A DNA stretch of 64,000 nt from Salinarimonadaceae bacterium (GTDB lineage Bacteria > Pseudomonadota > Alphaproteobacteria > Rhizobiales > Beijerinckiaceae), in contig REDO01000057.1 of assembly GCA_007693435.1 (NCBI GenBank), positions 9,010 through 73,009 on the forward strand, given 5' to 3'. Shown in pieces: positions 49,127 to 56,933 of this stretch. The notes under the pieces were generated by a model. The model saw only the letters and a program-made list of their open reading frames with translations, had not been told where the DNA came from and did no database searches. A program made the translations under genes and the position numbers. Positions within the stretch are counted from its first letter, which is position 1; the number at the start of each line of letters is the position of its first letter.

Positions 49127-51044
49127 TCGAGAGACGGAAGGAGGAGCCGGCCTCCTCGCTCTGGGCGCGCATGAGCGTTTCGCGCGCCTGATCGGCCTCG
49201 CGCTGGCGGTTCCACATCGCCGCGTACACGCCGTTGGCGTCGAGCAGGTCCGTATGCCGGCCACGCTCGACGATGACGCCCTTGTCGAGCACGATGATCT
49301 CGTCTGCGCCGATGACGGTTGAAAGCCGGTGCGCGATCACGAGCGTGGTGCGCCCGCGCGACACGCGGTCGAGGGCGTCCTGGATCTCCTTCTCGGTGAA
49401 GGTGTCGAGCGCGGAGGTCGCCTCGTCGAGGATCAGGATCGGCGGCCCTTTCAGGATCGTGCGGGCGATGGCGACGCGCTGCTTCTCGCCGCCCGACAGC
49501 TTCAGCCCCCGCTCGCCGACAGGCGTCTCGTAGCCTTCCGGCAGGCTCTCGACGAAGCGATCGATCTGGGCCAGGCGCGCGGCCTCGCGCACCTCCTCCT
49601 CGCTCGCGTCCCAGCGCCCGTAACGGATATTGTAGCCGATCGTGTCGTTGAACAGCACCGTGTCCTGCGGAACCATGCCGATCGCCGCGCGCAGGCTTTT
49701 TTGCGTGACGCTCGTGATGTCGATCCCGTCGATCGTCACCCGGCCGGCCTGCGGCTCGTAGAAGCGGAAGATCAGGCGCGAGATCGTCGACTTGCCCGCG
49801 CCGGAGGGGCCGACGATGGCCACCGTCTTGCCCGCCGGCACGACGAAGCTCACGCCCTTCAGGATGGGTCTGTCGGGCCGATAGGCGAAATGCACGTCCT
49901 CGAAGGCGACCGCGCCTTCCGTGACGGACAGATCGGGCGCGCCGGGACGATCCTTGATCTGCGGGTCGCGGCCCAAAATCGCGAACATGTCGTCGATGTC
50001 GATGAGCGCCTGTTTGATCTCGCGATAGACCATGCCCATGAAGTTGAGCGGGATGTAGAGCTGCACCAGCATCGCGTTGACGAGCACGAAACTGCCGATC
50101 GACGCGGTGCCCGCCATGACTTCGCGCGCGGCCATGATCATGATGACCGTCATGCCGATGGTGAAGATGATCGCCTGACCGGCGTTGAGCACGGCGAGCG
50201 AGGTGTAGGTCTGCGTCGAGGCCTTCTCGTAGCGCGCCATGGAGCCGTCGTAGCGCTCGGCCTCGCGCTCCTCGGCGCCGAAATATTTCACGGTCTCGAA
50301 ATTCAGAAGCGAATCGATCGCCTTGGTGTTGGCGTCCGTGTCCGATTCGTTCATCCGCCGGCGGATGCCGATGCGCCATTTCGTGGCGTAGAATGTGTAG
50401 GTCAGATATGCGACGACCATGATCGCGACGACGAGCGCATAGCGCCAGTTGAACTCCCAGGCGAGAATCCCGAGCACCAGCGCGAGCTCGAGGATCGTCG
50501 GGATCAGCGTCAGGATGAGAAGCCGCGACAGGTCCTCGATGCCGGAGCGCCCGCGTTCCAGAACGCGCGTGAGTCCGCCCGTCTTGCGCTCCAGATGGAA
50601 GCTCAGCGAAAGTCCGTGCAAATGCGCGAAGAGCTTCGAGGCGAGCTGACGCACCGCGTGCATCGCGACTTTCGCGAAGAGGCCGTCGCGGATCTGCGTG
50701 AGCACCGCCATCAGGACGCGCGAGAGCCCGTAGAGCACCGTCAGGAGAACCGGCGCGCCCCAGAGCCAGTGCAGCGCCTGGTCGCGGGTCATGCTCGTCG
50801 CGGTGGAGGCGTCCGTGATCGCGACGAGAGCGTCCGTCGCCCATTTGTAGGCGAAGGGCGTCACCATCGTCGCGAACTTGGCGAGGACGAGAAGGCCGAA
50901 AGCGAAGAAGACGCGCCGCTGGAGGTCGGGCCGCCCCAGCGGCCAGAGATAGGGCCACAGTCGGAAGAACGTTTCGAACAAGCTCGTCTGGCGCGGCTGC
51001 GCGGGAGCCGCTTCGGCGGGAGCGTCGGTCATGGCGGGGTCCAC
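49116..51044 (-). CDS. ABCB-type half transporter (Atm1/HMT1-like permease plus ATPase)
   Basis: Six N-terminal TM helices, Walker A GPSGAGKST, the signature LSGGEKQRVAIAR and Walker B ILILDEATSALD are present. The 3' end overlaps the convergent DUF971 gene by 11 nt. Confidence 0.9.
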   Translation of the reverse strand: MDPAMTDAPAEAAPAQPRQTSLFETFFRLWPYLWPLGRPDLQRRVFFAFGLLVLAKFATMVTPFAYKWATDALVAITDASTATSMTRDQALHWLWGAPVLLTVLYGLSRVLMAVLTQIRDGLFAKVAMHAVRQLASKLFAHLHGLSLSFHLERKTGGLTRVLERGRSGIEDLSRLLILTLIPTILELALVLGILAWEFNWRYALVVAIMVVAYLTYTFYATKWRIGIRRRMNESDTDANTKAIDSLLNFETVKYFGAEEREAERYDGSMARYEKASTQTYTSLAVLNAGQAIIFTIGMTVIMIMAAREVMAGTASIGSFVLVNAMLVQLYIPLNFMGMVYREIKQALIDIDDMFAILGRDPQIKDRPGAPDLSVTEGAVAFEDVHFAYRPDRPILKGVSFVVPAGKTVAIVGPSGAGKSTISRLIFRFYEPQAGRVTIDGIDITSVTQKSLRAAIGMVPQDTVLFNDTIGYNIRYGRWDASEEEVREAARLAQIDRFVESLPEGYETPVGERGLKLSGGEKQRVAIARTILKGPPILILDEATSALDTFTEKEIQDALDRVSRGRTTLVIAHRLSTVIGADEIIVLDKGVIVERGRHTDLLDANGVYAAMWNRQREADQARETLMRAQSEEAGSSFRLSITE

Positions 51045-51178
51045 AGGATCGGACCCCCGATATGGAGCCGCAAAGCCGCGATGTCACCCCGCCTGAACCC
51101 GCAACGGGGATTTTTGGGGACACCGCTAAATCACCGCGAACCCGTTCAGCGCTCCCGCCTGTCCGGCTTGCACGCAGC

Positions 51179-51562
51179 CTAGTCCGGCGGCTGGTCCGGT
51201 AAAGTGGGCCTCGGCGAGGGCCGCGTCGCGATCCATATCGCGACGGCCGCCATGATCGGGCCCAGCACGAAAGGAGCCCATGTGAAGGGGATCACGGCGA
51301 TGCTGATCGCGAAGGAGATCGCCATGGCGACGATCGCGATAGCCTTGGCCCGCAGCGGGATCGCGCCCTCGTCGCGCCAGTTGCGGAGATAGGGGCCGAA
51401 TTTTGGATGCGCGTAGAGCTTTTCGGCGAGATGCGGATCGGAGCGCGCGAAACACCAGGCGGCGAGGATCACGAAAGGCGTCGTCGGCAGAAGCGGCGCG
51501 ACAATGCCGATCGCGCCGAGCGCCAGGCTCGCATAGGCGGCAGAGCGATAGATCCGCCGCAT
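51179..51562 (-). CDS. ybaN: YbaN-family (DUF454) inner-membrane protein
   Basis: LALGAIGIVAPLLPTTPFVILAAWCFARSDPHLAEKL is the typical YbaN N-terminus in a 127-aa product. Confidence 0.8.
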   Translation of the reverse strand: MRRIYRSAAYASLALGAIGIVAPLLPTTPFVILAAWCFARSDPHLAEKLYAHPKFGPYLRNWRDEGAIPLRAKAIAIVAMAISFAISIAVIPFTWAPFVLGPIMAAVAIWIATRPSPRPTLPDQPPD

Positions 51563-51654
51563 GCCGCCTCTCCATTTCGCGCGCCCGACCCGATCACCCG
51601 GATATAGGCGCGGGAAGCCGCGCCGTCATTGGGCTGGTCGGCGCAAGCCGACCG

Positions 51655-51699
51655 AAAGCGAAAGAAAACGGCGGAGAGCCTCCGGAAAGGCCCCCCGCC
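51655..51699 (-). terminator. strong rho-independent terminator ending the luxI-small ORF transcript
   Basis: On the minus strand, the 12-bp stem GGCGGGGGGCCT / AGGCTCTCCGCC (two G-U pairs) has loop TTCCGG and is followed by GTTTTCTTTCGCTTT. It lies about 60 nt after the small-ORF stop. Confidence 0.65.
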
Positions 51700-51761
51700 G
51701 CACGCTTGTAAGAAGGGACACTCTTGAAAAATGCTAGGTCAGTGAATTTCGCGGACCGCCG

Positions 51762-51953
51762 TCAGTTGATCAGTTCCTCGCGGCGGCGCGTCGCTGCGCG
51801 CAGGGCGGCGGCGCGGTAGATGAGGACGTAGAGTTCGTCGAGCAATTGCGCGATCGTATGCTCGTCTTCATCGCGCACGACCTCGGCGAGGTTGCGGATC
51901 GAGACGGCGACCTCGTCGAGCCTGCTTTCGGGGCTGGTGAGCATCATGTTCAT
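51762..51953 (-). CDS. 63-aa protein translationally coupled to luxI (CinS-like position; function unknown)
   Basis: The ATG lies 12 nt after the luxI TAA, with GGGGG 6 nt upstream. Third codon positions are strongly G/C-biased like neighbouring genes. The product is a soluble, charged, predicted helical peptide MNMMLTSPESRLDEVAVSIRNLAEVVRDEDEHTIAQLLDELYVLIYRAAALRAATRRREELIN. Confidence 0.55.
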   Translation of the reverse strand: MNMMLTSPESRLDEVAVSIRNLAEVVRDEDEHTIAQLLDELYVLIYRAAALRAATRRREELIN

Positions 51954-51965
51954 TGCTAACCCCCG

Positions 51966-52616
51966 TTACGCCGCGAGCACGGGAACGACGGAGCCCGCGT
52001 CGCTCGTCTCGATCACCGACCCTTCAATACCGGAGCAGGCGCGCATGTTCGCAAGCGCCTCCTCGGTCACGTCCCACAATCCGACGTAGATCCGGCCATG
52101 CGCCATCTTGTCGGTGGTCGCGATCACCTCGGGCTCCCAGCCGATGCGCCGATAGACGCGGATCATGCGGGTGTCGAACACGCCGATGACCTGCGTCAGG
52201 CCGGCGCGCAAACCCACCTCGCACATGGCGAGCGACAATTCGCAGGTGGCGCGGTGCAGGTTGGTCGGCGTGCGCCGGACTGGCGCGTCCGGATGCACGC
52301 AGAAGCGCGTGGCCTCCCAGATATTGGCGCTCATGATGTCGACGGGCTCGTCGAAGACATCGACGAAGACGTCCCGAAGCAGGGTGCGGCCCGTCGTCGG
52401 CATGAGGCGGAGCGAACCACTGGCCCGCCCGGTCTCGTCGTCGATCGCGACGAGGTAAAGCGGGTTTTCCTGGTCGAAGACATCGATCTCGCAGCCGTCC
52501 TCGATCCGGACGTCCCATCCGAGCTTTTCGCCGAATACGGCCGCCCGCCCACGGTGCATGGCGGTCAGCAAGTCGGCGTTCGCCTGGCGACTGTCGTTGC
52601 TGATGAGCTTGATCAT
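51966..52616 (-). CDS. acyl-homoserine-lactone synthase (LuxI family)
   Basis: The LuxI-family invariant pattern is present: R..AVF..KLGW.V....GCEIDVFD, SLRLMPTTG and WEATRF. Confidence 0.9.
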   Translation of the reverse strand: MIKLISNDSRQANADLLTAMHRGRAAVFGEKLGWDVRIEDGCEIDVFDQENPLYLVAIDDETGRASGSLRLMPTTGRTLLRDVFVDVFDEPVDIMSANIWEATRFCVHPDAPVRRTPTNLHRATCELSLAMCEVGLRAGLTQVIGVFDTRMIRVYRRIGWEPEVIATTDKMAHGRIYVGLWDVTEEALANMRACSGIEGSVIETSDAGSVVPVLAA

Positions 52617-52677
52617 CGTGGCGTGTCTCCCCTTCGATCACGCCATCAAGGATCGTATTTTTCGACTCGAACGCAAT

Positions 52678-52693
52678 CCGTCAAAATTGACGG
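52678..52693. promoter_or_regulatory. lux-box candidate: perfect palindrome CCGTCAA-AA-TTGACGG upstream of luxI
   Basis: The 7-2-7 inverted repeat lies in the 101-bp luxR-luxI gap, centred about 70 bp upstream of the luxI ATG. A TACGAT -10-like hexamer lies 20 nt downstream on the minus strand, so the dyad overlaps the -35 region as in class II LuxR-type promoters. Confidence 0.5.
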
Positions 52694-52717
52694 TTCTCCT
52701 CATGTTTGAAGGCTCTC

Positions 52718-53446
52718 TCATGGAGGAGCGATGATTCCCGCCGTAAGGCCCTTCGCCACGGCCTGCGTCTTGGTGAGACAGGCCAGTTTGTGCCGGGCGG
52801 AGTCGAGATATCCACGCACGACGCGCTCCGAAAGCCTCAGCTTGTCGGCGGTGCCGGCGATGGTCTCGCCGGCGGCGGCCCATTGCAGGCACTCGCGTTC
52901 ACGATGCGAAAGAGGCGACGACGGCGCGTTCGACCAGCCGCGCAACGTGGCGATGCGATTGTGTATGAAATTCCCCAGAAGCTGCATGTCGCGCATGTAG
53001 ACGGACTTCAGATGCGACCAGTCCGCATCGGGCAACGTCGTGGTGACGGTGAAGATCGCGACGTCGCCATGCGCCCCTCGGATCGGAAAGGTCAGGCCCC
53101 GCGTGCCCACGCCCGCGTCGTTGGCCTCCGCGAACAGCTTGCGTACGAGCGGCGTCGTGATTTCGATCGTACCCCAATCCACGGGCAGCACGCCGTTGAC
53201 GGCGCGCAGAACGACCGGATCGATGCGATAATAGCGCTGCAGCCGATAGTAGCTGATCCAGTCCTCGGGATAGGTGAAAATGACGACGGGATTTTCCTCC
53301 GCCGCGCCGGGCAGGCGAATGGCGTGATAGACCGCATGCTTGAGCCCGTAGGGTTCGAGAAGCCCGACGACGGCGCGTTGCAGTTCCTCGGTCGATTCGG
53401 CCAGCTCGACCTGCTCCATCGCCGCGGAGAAGGTGTCAAGAAACAC
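52718..53446 (-). CDS. LuxR-family autoinducer-binding transcriptional regulator
   Basis: The N-terminal autoinducer-binding residues (YPEDWISYY...YYRIDPVV...LPVDWG) are present. The C-terminal HTH is LSHRERECLQWAAAGETIAGTADKLRLSERVVRGYLDSARHKL. Confidence 0.9.
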   Translation of the reverse strand: MFLDTFSAAMEQVELAESTEELQRAVVGLLEPYGLKHAVYHAIRLPGAAEENPVVIFTYPEDWISYYRLQRYYRIDPVVLRAVNGVLPVDWGTIEITTPLVRKLFAEANDAGVGTRGLTFPIRGAHGDVAIFTVTTTLPDADWSHLKSVYMRDMQLLGNFIHNRIATLRGWSNAPSSPLSHRERECLQWAAAGETIAGTADKLRLSERVVRGYLDSARHKLACLTKTQAVAKGLTAGIIAPP

Positions 53447-53550
53447 TGGCGCCTCCGGTTGTCACGACGGCGCACTATATGCACGCAACAACCGAGAGTC
53501 CATGTCTCGAATGAACCTACGCTTAGAAGTCGCAAGTATTGTCCCCCAAC

Positions 53551-53582
53551 GAAAAACAGCCCGCCCGGTTTCCCGGACGGGC
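53551..53582 (-). terminator. rho-independent terminator after sodB
   Basis: On the minus strand, the stem GCCCGTCCGG / CCGGGCGGGC (one mismatch) has a 4-nt loop and is followed by TGTTTTTCG. It lies about 27 nt after the sodB stop. Confidence 0.6.
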
Positions 53583-53608
53583 CGCTCGACAGCAGGTTTT
53601 TCGGAAGG

Positions 53609-54205
53609 TCAGGAGGCTTCGCCGTAGAGCTTTTCCACGTATTCCCAGTTCACGAGGTTCTCAAGGAAAGCCTTGAGGTAGTCGGGGCGGCGGTTGCGGT
53701 AGTCGATGTAATAGGAATGCTCCCATACGTCACATCCAAGAATGGGAATCGCGCCATGGACGAGCGGGCTTTCGCCGTTCGGCGTCTTCATGATGGCGAG
53801 CTTGCCGTCCTTGACCGCGATCCAGGCCCAGCCGGAGCCGAACTGCGTCACGCCGGCCTGAATGAAGTCCTCCTTCATCTTGTCGACGCCGCCGAGGTCC
53901 TCGACGATCTTCTTCTCCAGCGCGCCCGGGATCGCGCCGCCGCCGTTCGGCTTCATCCAGTTCCAGAAATGGAGATGGTTGAAGTGCTGGCCGGCGTTGT
54001 TGAACAGCGCCTGATTGACCCCGTGGGAGCCCTTGACGACCTCCTCGAGGCTCTTGCCTTCGAATTCCGAGCCTTCCAGCAGCTTGTTGCCGGCGGTCAC
54101 ATAGGCCTGATGATGCTTGTCGTGATGGAATTCGAGGGTCTCAGCCGACATGTAGGGCTGGAGAGCGTCATAGGCGTAAGGAAGGGGGGGAAGCGTGAAA
54201 GCCAT
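53609..54205 (-). CDS. sodB: Fe/Mn-type superoxide dismutase
   Basis: LPPLPYAYDALQPYMSAETLEFHHDKHHQAYV and DVWEHSYYIDYRN are the canonical metal-ligand motifs. Confidence 0.95.
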   Translation of the reverse strand: MAFTLPPLPYAYDALQPYMSAETLEFHHDKHHQAYVTAGNKLLEGSEFEGKSLEEVVKGSHGVNQALFNNAGQHFNHLHFWNWMKPNGGGAIPGALEKKIVEDLGGVDKMKEDFIQAGVTQFGSGWAWIAVKDGKLAIMKTPNGESPLVHGAIPILGCDVWEHSYYIDYRNRRPDYLKAFLENLVNWEYVEKLYGEAS

Positions 54206-54453
54206 CGGGTTTTCTCCTTCGTTGTCATTTCGGGCGCCGATGAGACGGATCCGCTGATGGTCACGCTTAGGTAAGCCGCAACCGTTCGAAGGGCAACGGG
54301 CGAAGCGGCGTTTCGTTCACGGTTGCGCCGGGATTCCGGCTCGAAAACCGCATTTCACCGGCGTCTCAGGCCATCGGCGGGCGCATCGGCGATTGGCAGA
54401 TCGACGAAACACCTCTAACGTCCGGGAAAAATAACCGTAGCGTGTGAGGAGCC

Positions 54454-55965
54454 ATGATCGTCGCGTTGTACTGCGTCGCCGCTGCGATGATCTTCGGGGG
54501 CGTATACGCGGCCTTGATCGGCTGGGAATACGTGATTCTCGAGCGCGGCTGGACGCAGGTGCTCGTCGGCGCGATGGCCGCTACGGGCGGCGTGCTGCTG
54601 GCCGGGCTGGGGGTCCTCACGGATTCCGTGCGTAGTCTCGAACGGCGCCTCGCCGCTGCGCCGCCGTCAAGCCGTCTCGCGTCCGATCCGCCGGAACCCG
54701 CTGCGCCCCTTTCCCCGGTTCAGCCGGCCGCGCCCGCTATGCCGAGGCCTCCGGCCCGCCCGTCCGCTCCCGAAGCGTCTGCGGCCGGCGCAGCCCTCGC
54801 AGGCGCGGCTGTCGCCTCCATGCATCGCCACGCCAATCCGGAGAACGCCTCCCAAGACGCCCTAGAGCCGGAGTTGGACTTCCGCGCGATCAAGGCTCTG
54901 GCCGTCGAACCGGCGGCTGACACGACGCCCACGGAGCGCGAGACGATCTTCGACGAAACTCAGGACGCCGATGCGGCCGAGTGGCCGTCGCCCGATGACG
55001 AGCGTCTCGACGAAGAGGTTGAGGAGCTGGAGATTTCGGCCACACGGCCGCAGGAGCCCGCCCCGGCCACGCCTCTCTTCGACGACGAACGCTCGGAGGC
55101 CGACGACGAACATGCGCAGGAACCGCAGCCGCCGGCGGAGCTGGACGAACTGACGAAGGCGGAGTCGACCGAACTTCTCTCGGCAGACGAGACGGAGCCA
55201 CACGTCACCGACGAAACCGCCGTCGAGGATGACGCCGTCGAGGACGATCGCATCGCTTGGCGCGAGCCGCAGGAGCCGAACCCGCGCAGTCAGGAATCGC
55301 CCCAGTTTGAATTTCCCGAGACGGATGCCACTGACGAAAAGGCGCCCGACGAAGACGTCTTCGAGCAGGAAGTCTTCGAGCAGGAAGTCTTGGAGGAGGA
55401 AGTCTTGGAGGAGAAGGTCTCCGAGCAGGAGGTCTTCGAGAACGGGCCGGCGGATGAGCGGTCGTTTGCGGAACAGGCCGCCGAGATGGCCGAAGCGGAG
55501 GCTGAAACCCGCGAAACAATGCCCGCCGCCGAGGAACAGCTTATCGAGGAACAGCTGGCCGAGGAGCCGCTGGCCGAAGAGCAGCTCGCCAAGGAGCCGC
55601 TCGCAGAGGAGCAACTTGCCGAAGAGCCGCTCACTGAAGAGCCGCTCATTGAAGAGCCGCTTGCCGAAGGGCAGCTCGCCGAAGGGCAGCTCGCCGAAGA
55701 GCAGCTCGCCGAGCCCGATTCAGTCGAGCCGGCGACGGTGGAGCGGGAGGTCGTGGAGCATGCCGCCGAGGAGCCGGAGGATCCCGAGCCCGGATCAGTC
55801 CCCCCGCCGGCAGTGATCGGCACCTACGAATCCGACGGCAATCTCTACACGATGTATGCCGACGGTTCGATCAACGCGCAGACGCCTGACGGCGAATTCC
55901 GCTTCGCCTCGCTCGAAGAACTGAAGACGTTCATCGCAGAGGGCGCCGAAGACAAGCGCGGTTGA
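54454..55965 (+). CDS. membrane-anchored, Pro-rich then extremely acidic repeat protein with a conserved-looking C-terminal module
   Basis: Two N-terminal TM helices and a Pro/Ala-rich linker precede about 300 aa dominated by Glu/Asp, including two pentapeptide repeat arrays. The C-terminus is AVIGTYESDGNLYTMYADGSINAQTPDGEFRFASLEELKTFI. GAGGAG lies upstream of the ATG. Confidence 0.7.
   Translation: MIVALYCVAAAMIFGGVYAALIGWEYVILERGWTQVLVGAMAATGGVLLAGLGVLTDSVRSLERRLAAAPPSSRLASDPPEPAAPLSPVQPAAPAMPRPPARPSAPEASAAGAALAGAAVASMHRHANPENASQDALEPELDFRAIKALAVEPAADTTPTERETIFDETQDADAAEWPSPDDERLDEEVEELEISATRPQEPAPATPLFDDERSEADDEHAQEPQPPAELDELTKAESTELLSADETEPHVTDETAVEDDAVEDDRIAWREPQEPNPRSQESPQFEFPETDATDEKAPDEDVFEQEVFEQEVLEEEVLEEKVSEQEVFENGPADERSFAEQAAEMAEAEAETRETMPAAEEQLIEEQLAEEPLAEEQLAKEPLAEEQLAEEPLTEEPLIEEPLAEGQLAEGQLAEEQLAEPDSVEPATVEREVVEHAAEEPEDPEPGSVPPPAVIGTYESDGNLYTMYADGSINAQTPDGEFRFASLEELKTFIAEGAEDKRG
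55357..55440 (+). repeat. 15-bp tandem repeat array A (about 5.6 units, consensus gtcttcgagcaggaa = VFEQE)
   Basis: The units start at 55357, 55372, 55387, 55402, 55417 and 55432. The first two units are identical and later units diverge by 1-4 nt. Confidence 0.9.
55531..55710 (+). repeat. 15-bp tandem repeat array B (12 units, consensus gaagagccgctcgcc / gaagagcagctcgcc = EE[PQ]LA)
   Basis: Twelve in-frame units run from gaggaacagcttatc to gaagagcagctcgcc. Units 10 and 11 are identical (gaagggcagctcgcc). Confidence 0.9.
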
Positions 55966-55977
55966 TATCAGGCGGAA

Positions 55978-56202
55978 CTATCGCTCGTCGTCGTCGTCGC
56001 TGAAGGCGGAACGGTCCTCCTCGACCACGGGCACCGCGTAGCTGCCCGTGAACCAGCGCTGGAGGTCGACGTCCGCGCAGCGCTTCGAACAGAAGGGGCG
56101 ATAGCGCGCCAGGGACATCTTTCCGCAGATCGGGCACGGGCGCGGAACGAACGCGCCGGAGCCGTCGGATGCGTTGCTGTCGTCCGTTTTCTTGCCGCTC
56201 AT
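55978..56202 (-). CDS. yacG: DNA gyrase inhibitor YacG (zinc finger)
   Basis: CPICGKMSLARYRPFCSKRCADVDLQRWFTGSYAVP is the canonical YacG core. Confidence 0.85.
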   Translation of the reverse strand: MSGKKTDDSNASDGSGAFVPRPCPICGKMSLARYRPFCSKRCADVDLQRWFTGSYAVPVVEEDRSAFSDDDDER

Positions 56203-56217
56203 CGCTTCATCTCGTTC

Positions 56218-56862
56218 TCATGCGACGTTGAGCCAGCCGAGCCGCACCGGATAGCCCTCTCCTTCCAGAAGCGTCATCACCTCGTGGAGCGGCATGCCGA
56301 CGACGTTCGGATAAGAGCCGACGAGCTTGACGACGAAGCTCCCCGCGAGCCCCTGAATGGCGTAGCCTCCGGCTTTCCCGCGCCACTCTTCGGAGGCGAC
56401 ATAGCTCTCGATCTCGTCCTGCGAGAGCCGCTTGAAACGCACGCGGGTCTCGACGAGGCGTTCACGCAACGCGCCCATCGGGGTCAGCAGCGCCACGGCC
56501 GTGTAGACCCGATGCGCGCGGCCGGACAGCATGCGAAGGCACTCGGCCGCCTCTTCGATCATCTCGGTCTTGGGCAGGATGCGCCGCCCGAGCGCGACGA
56601 CCGTATCGGCGGCGATCACGTAGGAAGGGCCGATCGCTTCGTCCCTCTCCGCCACCTTGCGCGCCGCGCGCGCCTTGAGGCGGGCGAGGCGCCGCGCGAG
56701 ATCGCGCGGGCTCTCCGACTTTTCGGGCGTCTCGTCGATGTCGGCGGGTAGCAGGGCGTCCGGCTCAAGCCCGATCTGCTGCATCAGCGCGAGCCTTCGC
56801 GGCGAGGCGGAAGCCAGCACGAGCTTGTACCTCAGGTTTTTCTCTTCCGACGTGAACAGCAA
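56218..56862 (-). CDS. maf: Maf-family nucleoside triphosphate pyrophosphatase
   Basis: [37 protein letters not shown] and VVGMPL are present. Confidence 0.9.
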   Translation of the reverse strand: MLFTSEEKNLRYKLVLASASPRRLALMQQIGLEPDALLPADIDETPEKSESPRDLARRLARLKARAARKVAERDEAIGPSYVIAADTVVALGRRILPKTEMIEEAAECLRMLSGRAHRVYTAVALLTPMGALRERLVETRVRFKRLSQDEIESYVASEEWRGKAGGYAIQGLAGSFVVKLVGSYPNVVGMPLHEVMTLLEGEGYPVRLGWLNVA

Positions 56863-56933
56863 TGCCTACTCCCAACGCCCCCGGACGGTCGCGGACGGTA
56901 ACCGAAGCGGGGGCCGATGTGAACGTGCGTGGA

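Noticed and set aside
49329-51182. 617-aa plus-strand ORF and the 681-aa alternate-frame minus-strand ORF 49078..51123
   Set aside because: Both overlap the ABCB transporter, whose frame shows Walker A, the signature and Walker B. Neither alternative shows any motif.
54862-55823. Several minus-strand ORFs (250 aa, 177 aa, 104 aa) and the plus-strand 195-aa ORF inside the acidic-protein gene
   Set aside because: They are artefacts of the 15-bp repeats, which keep all frames open. Only the 54454 frame has a start with an RBS, TM helices and a non-repetitive C-terminal module.
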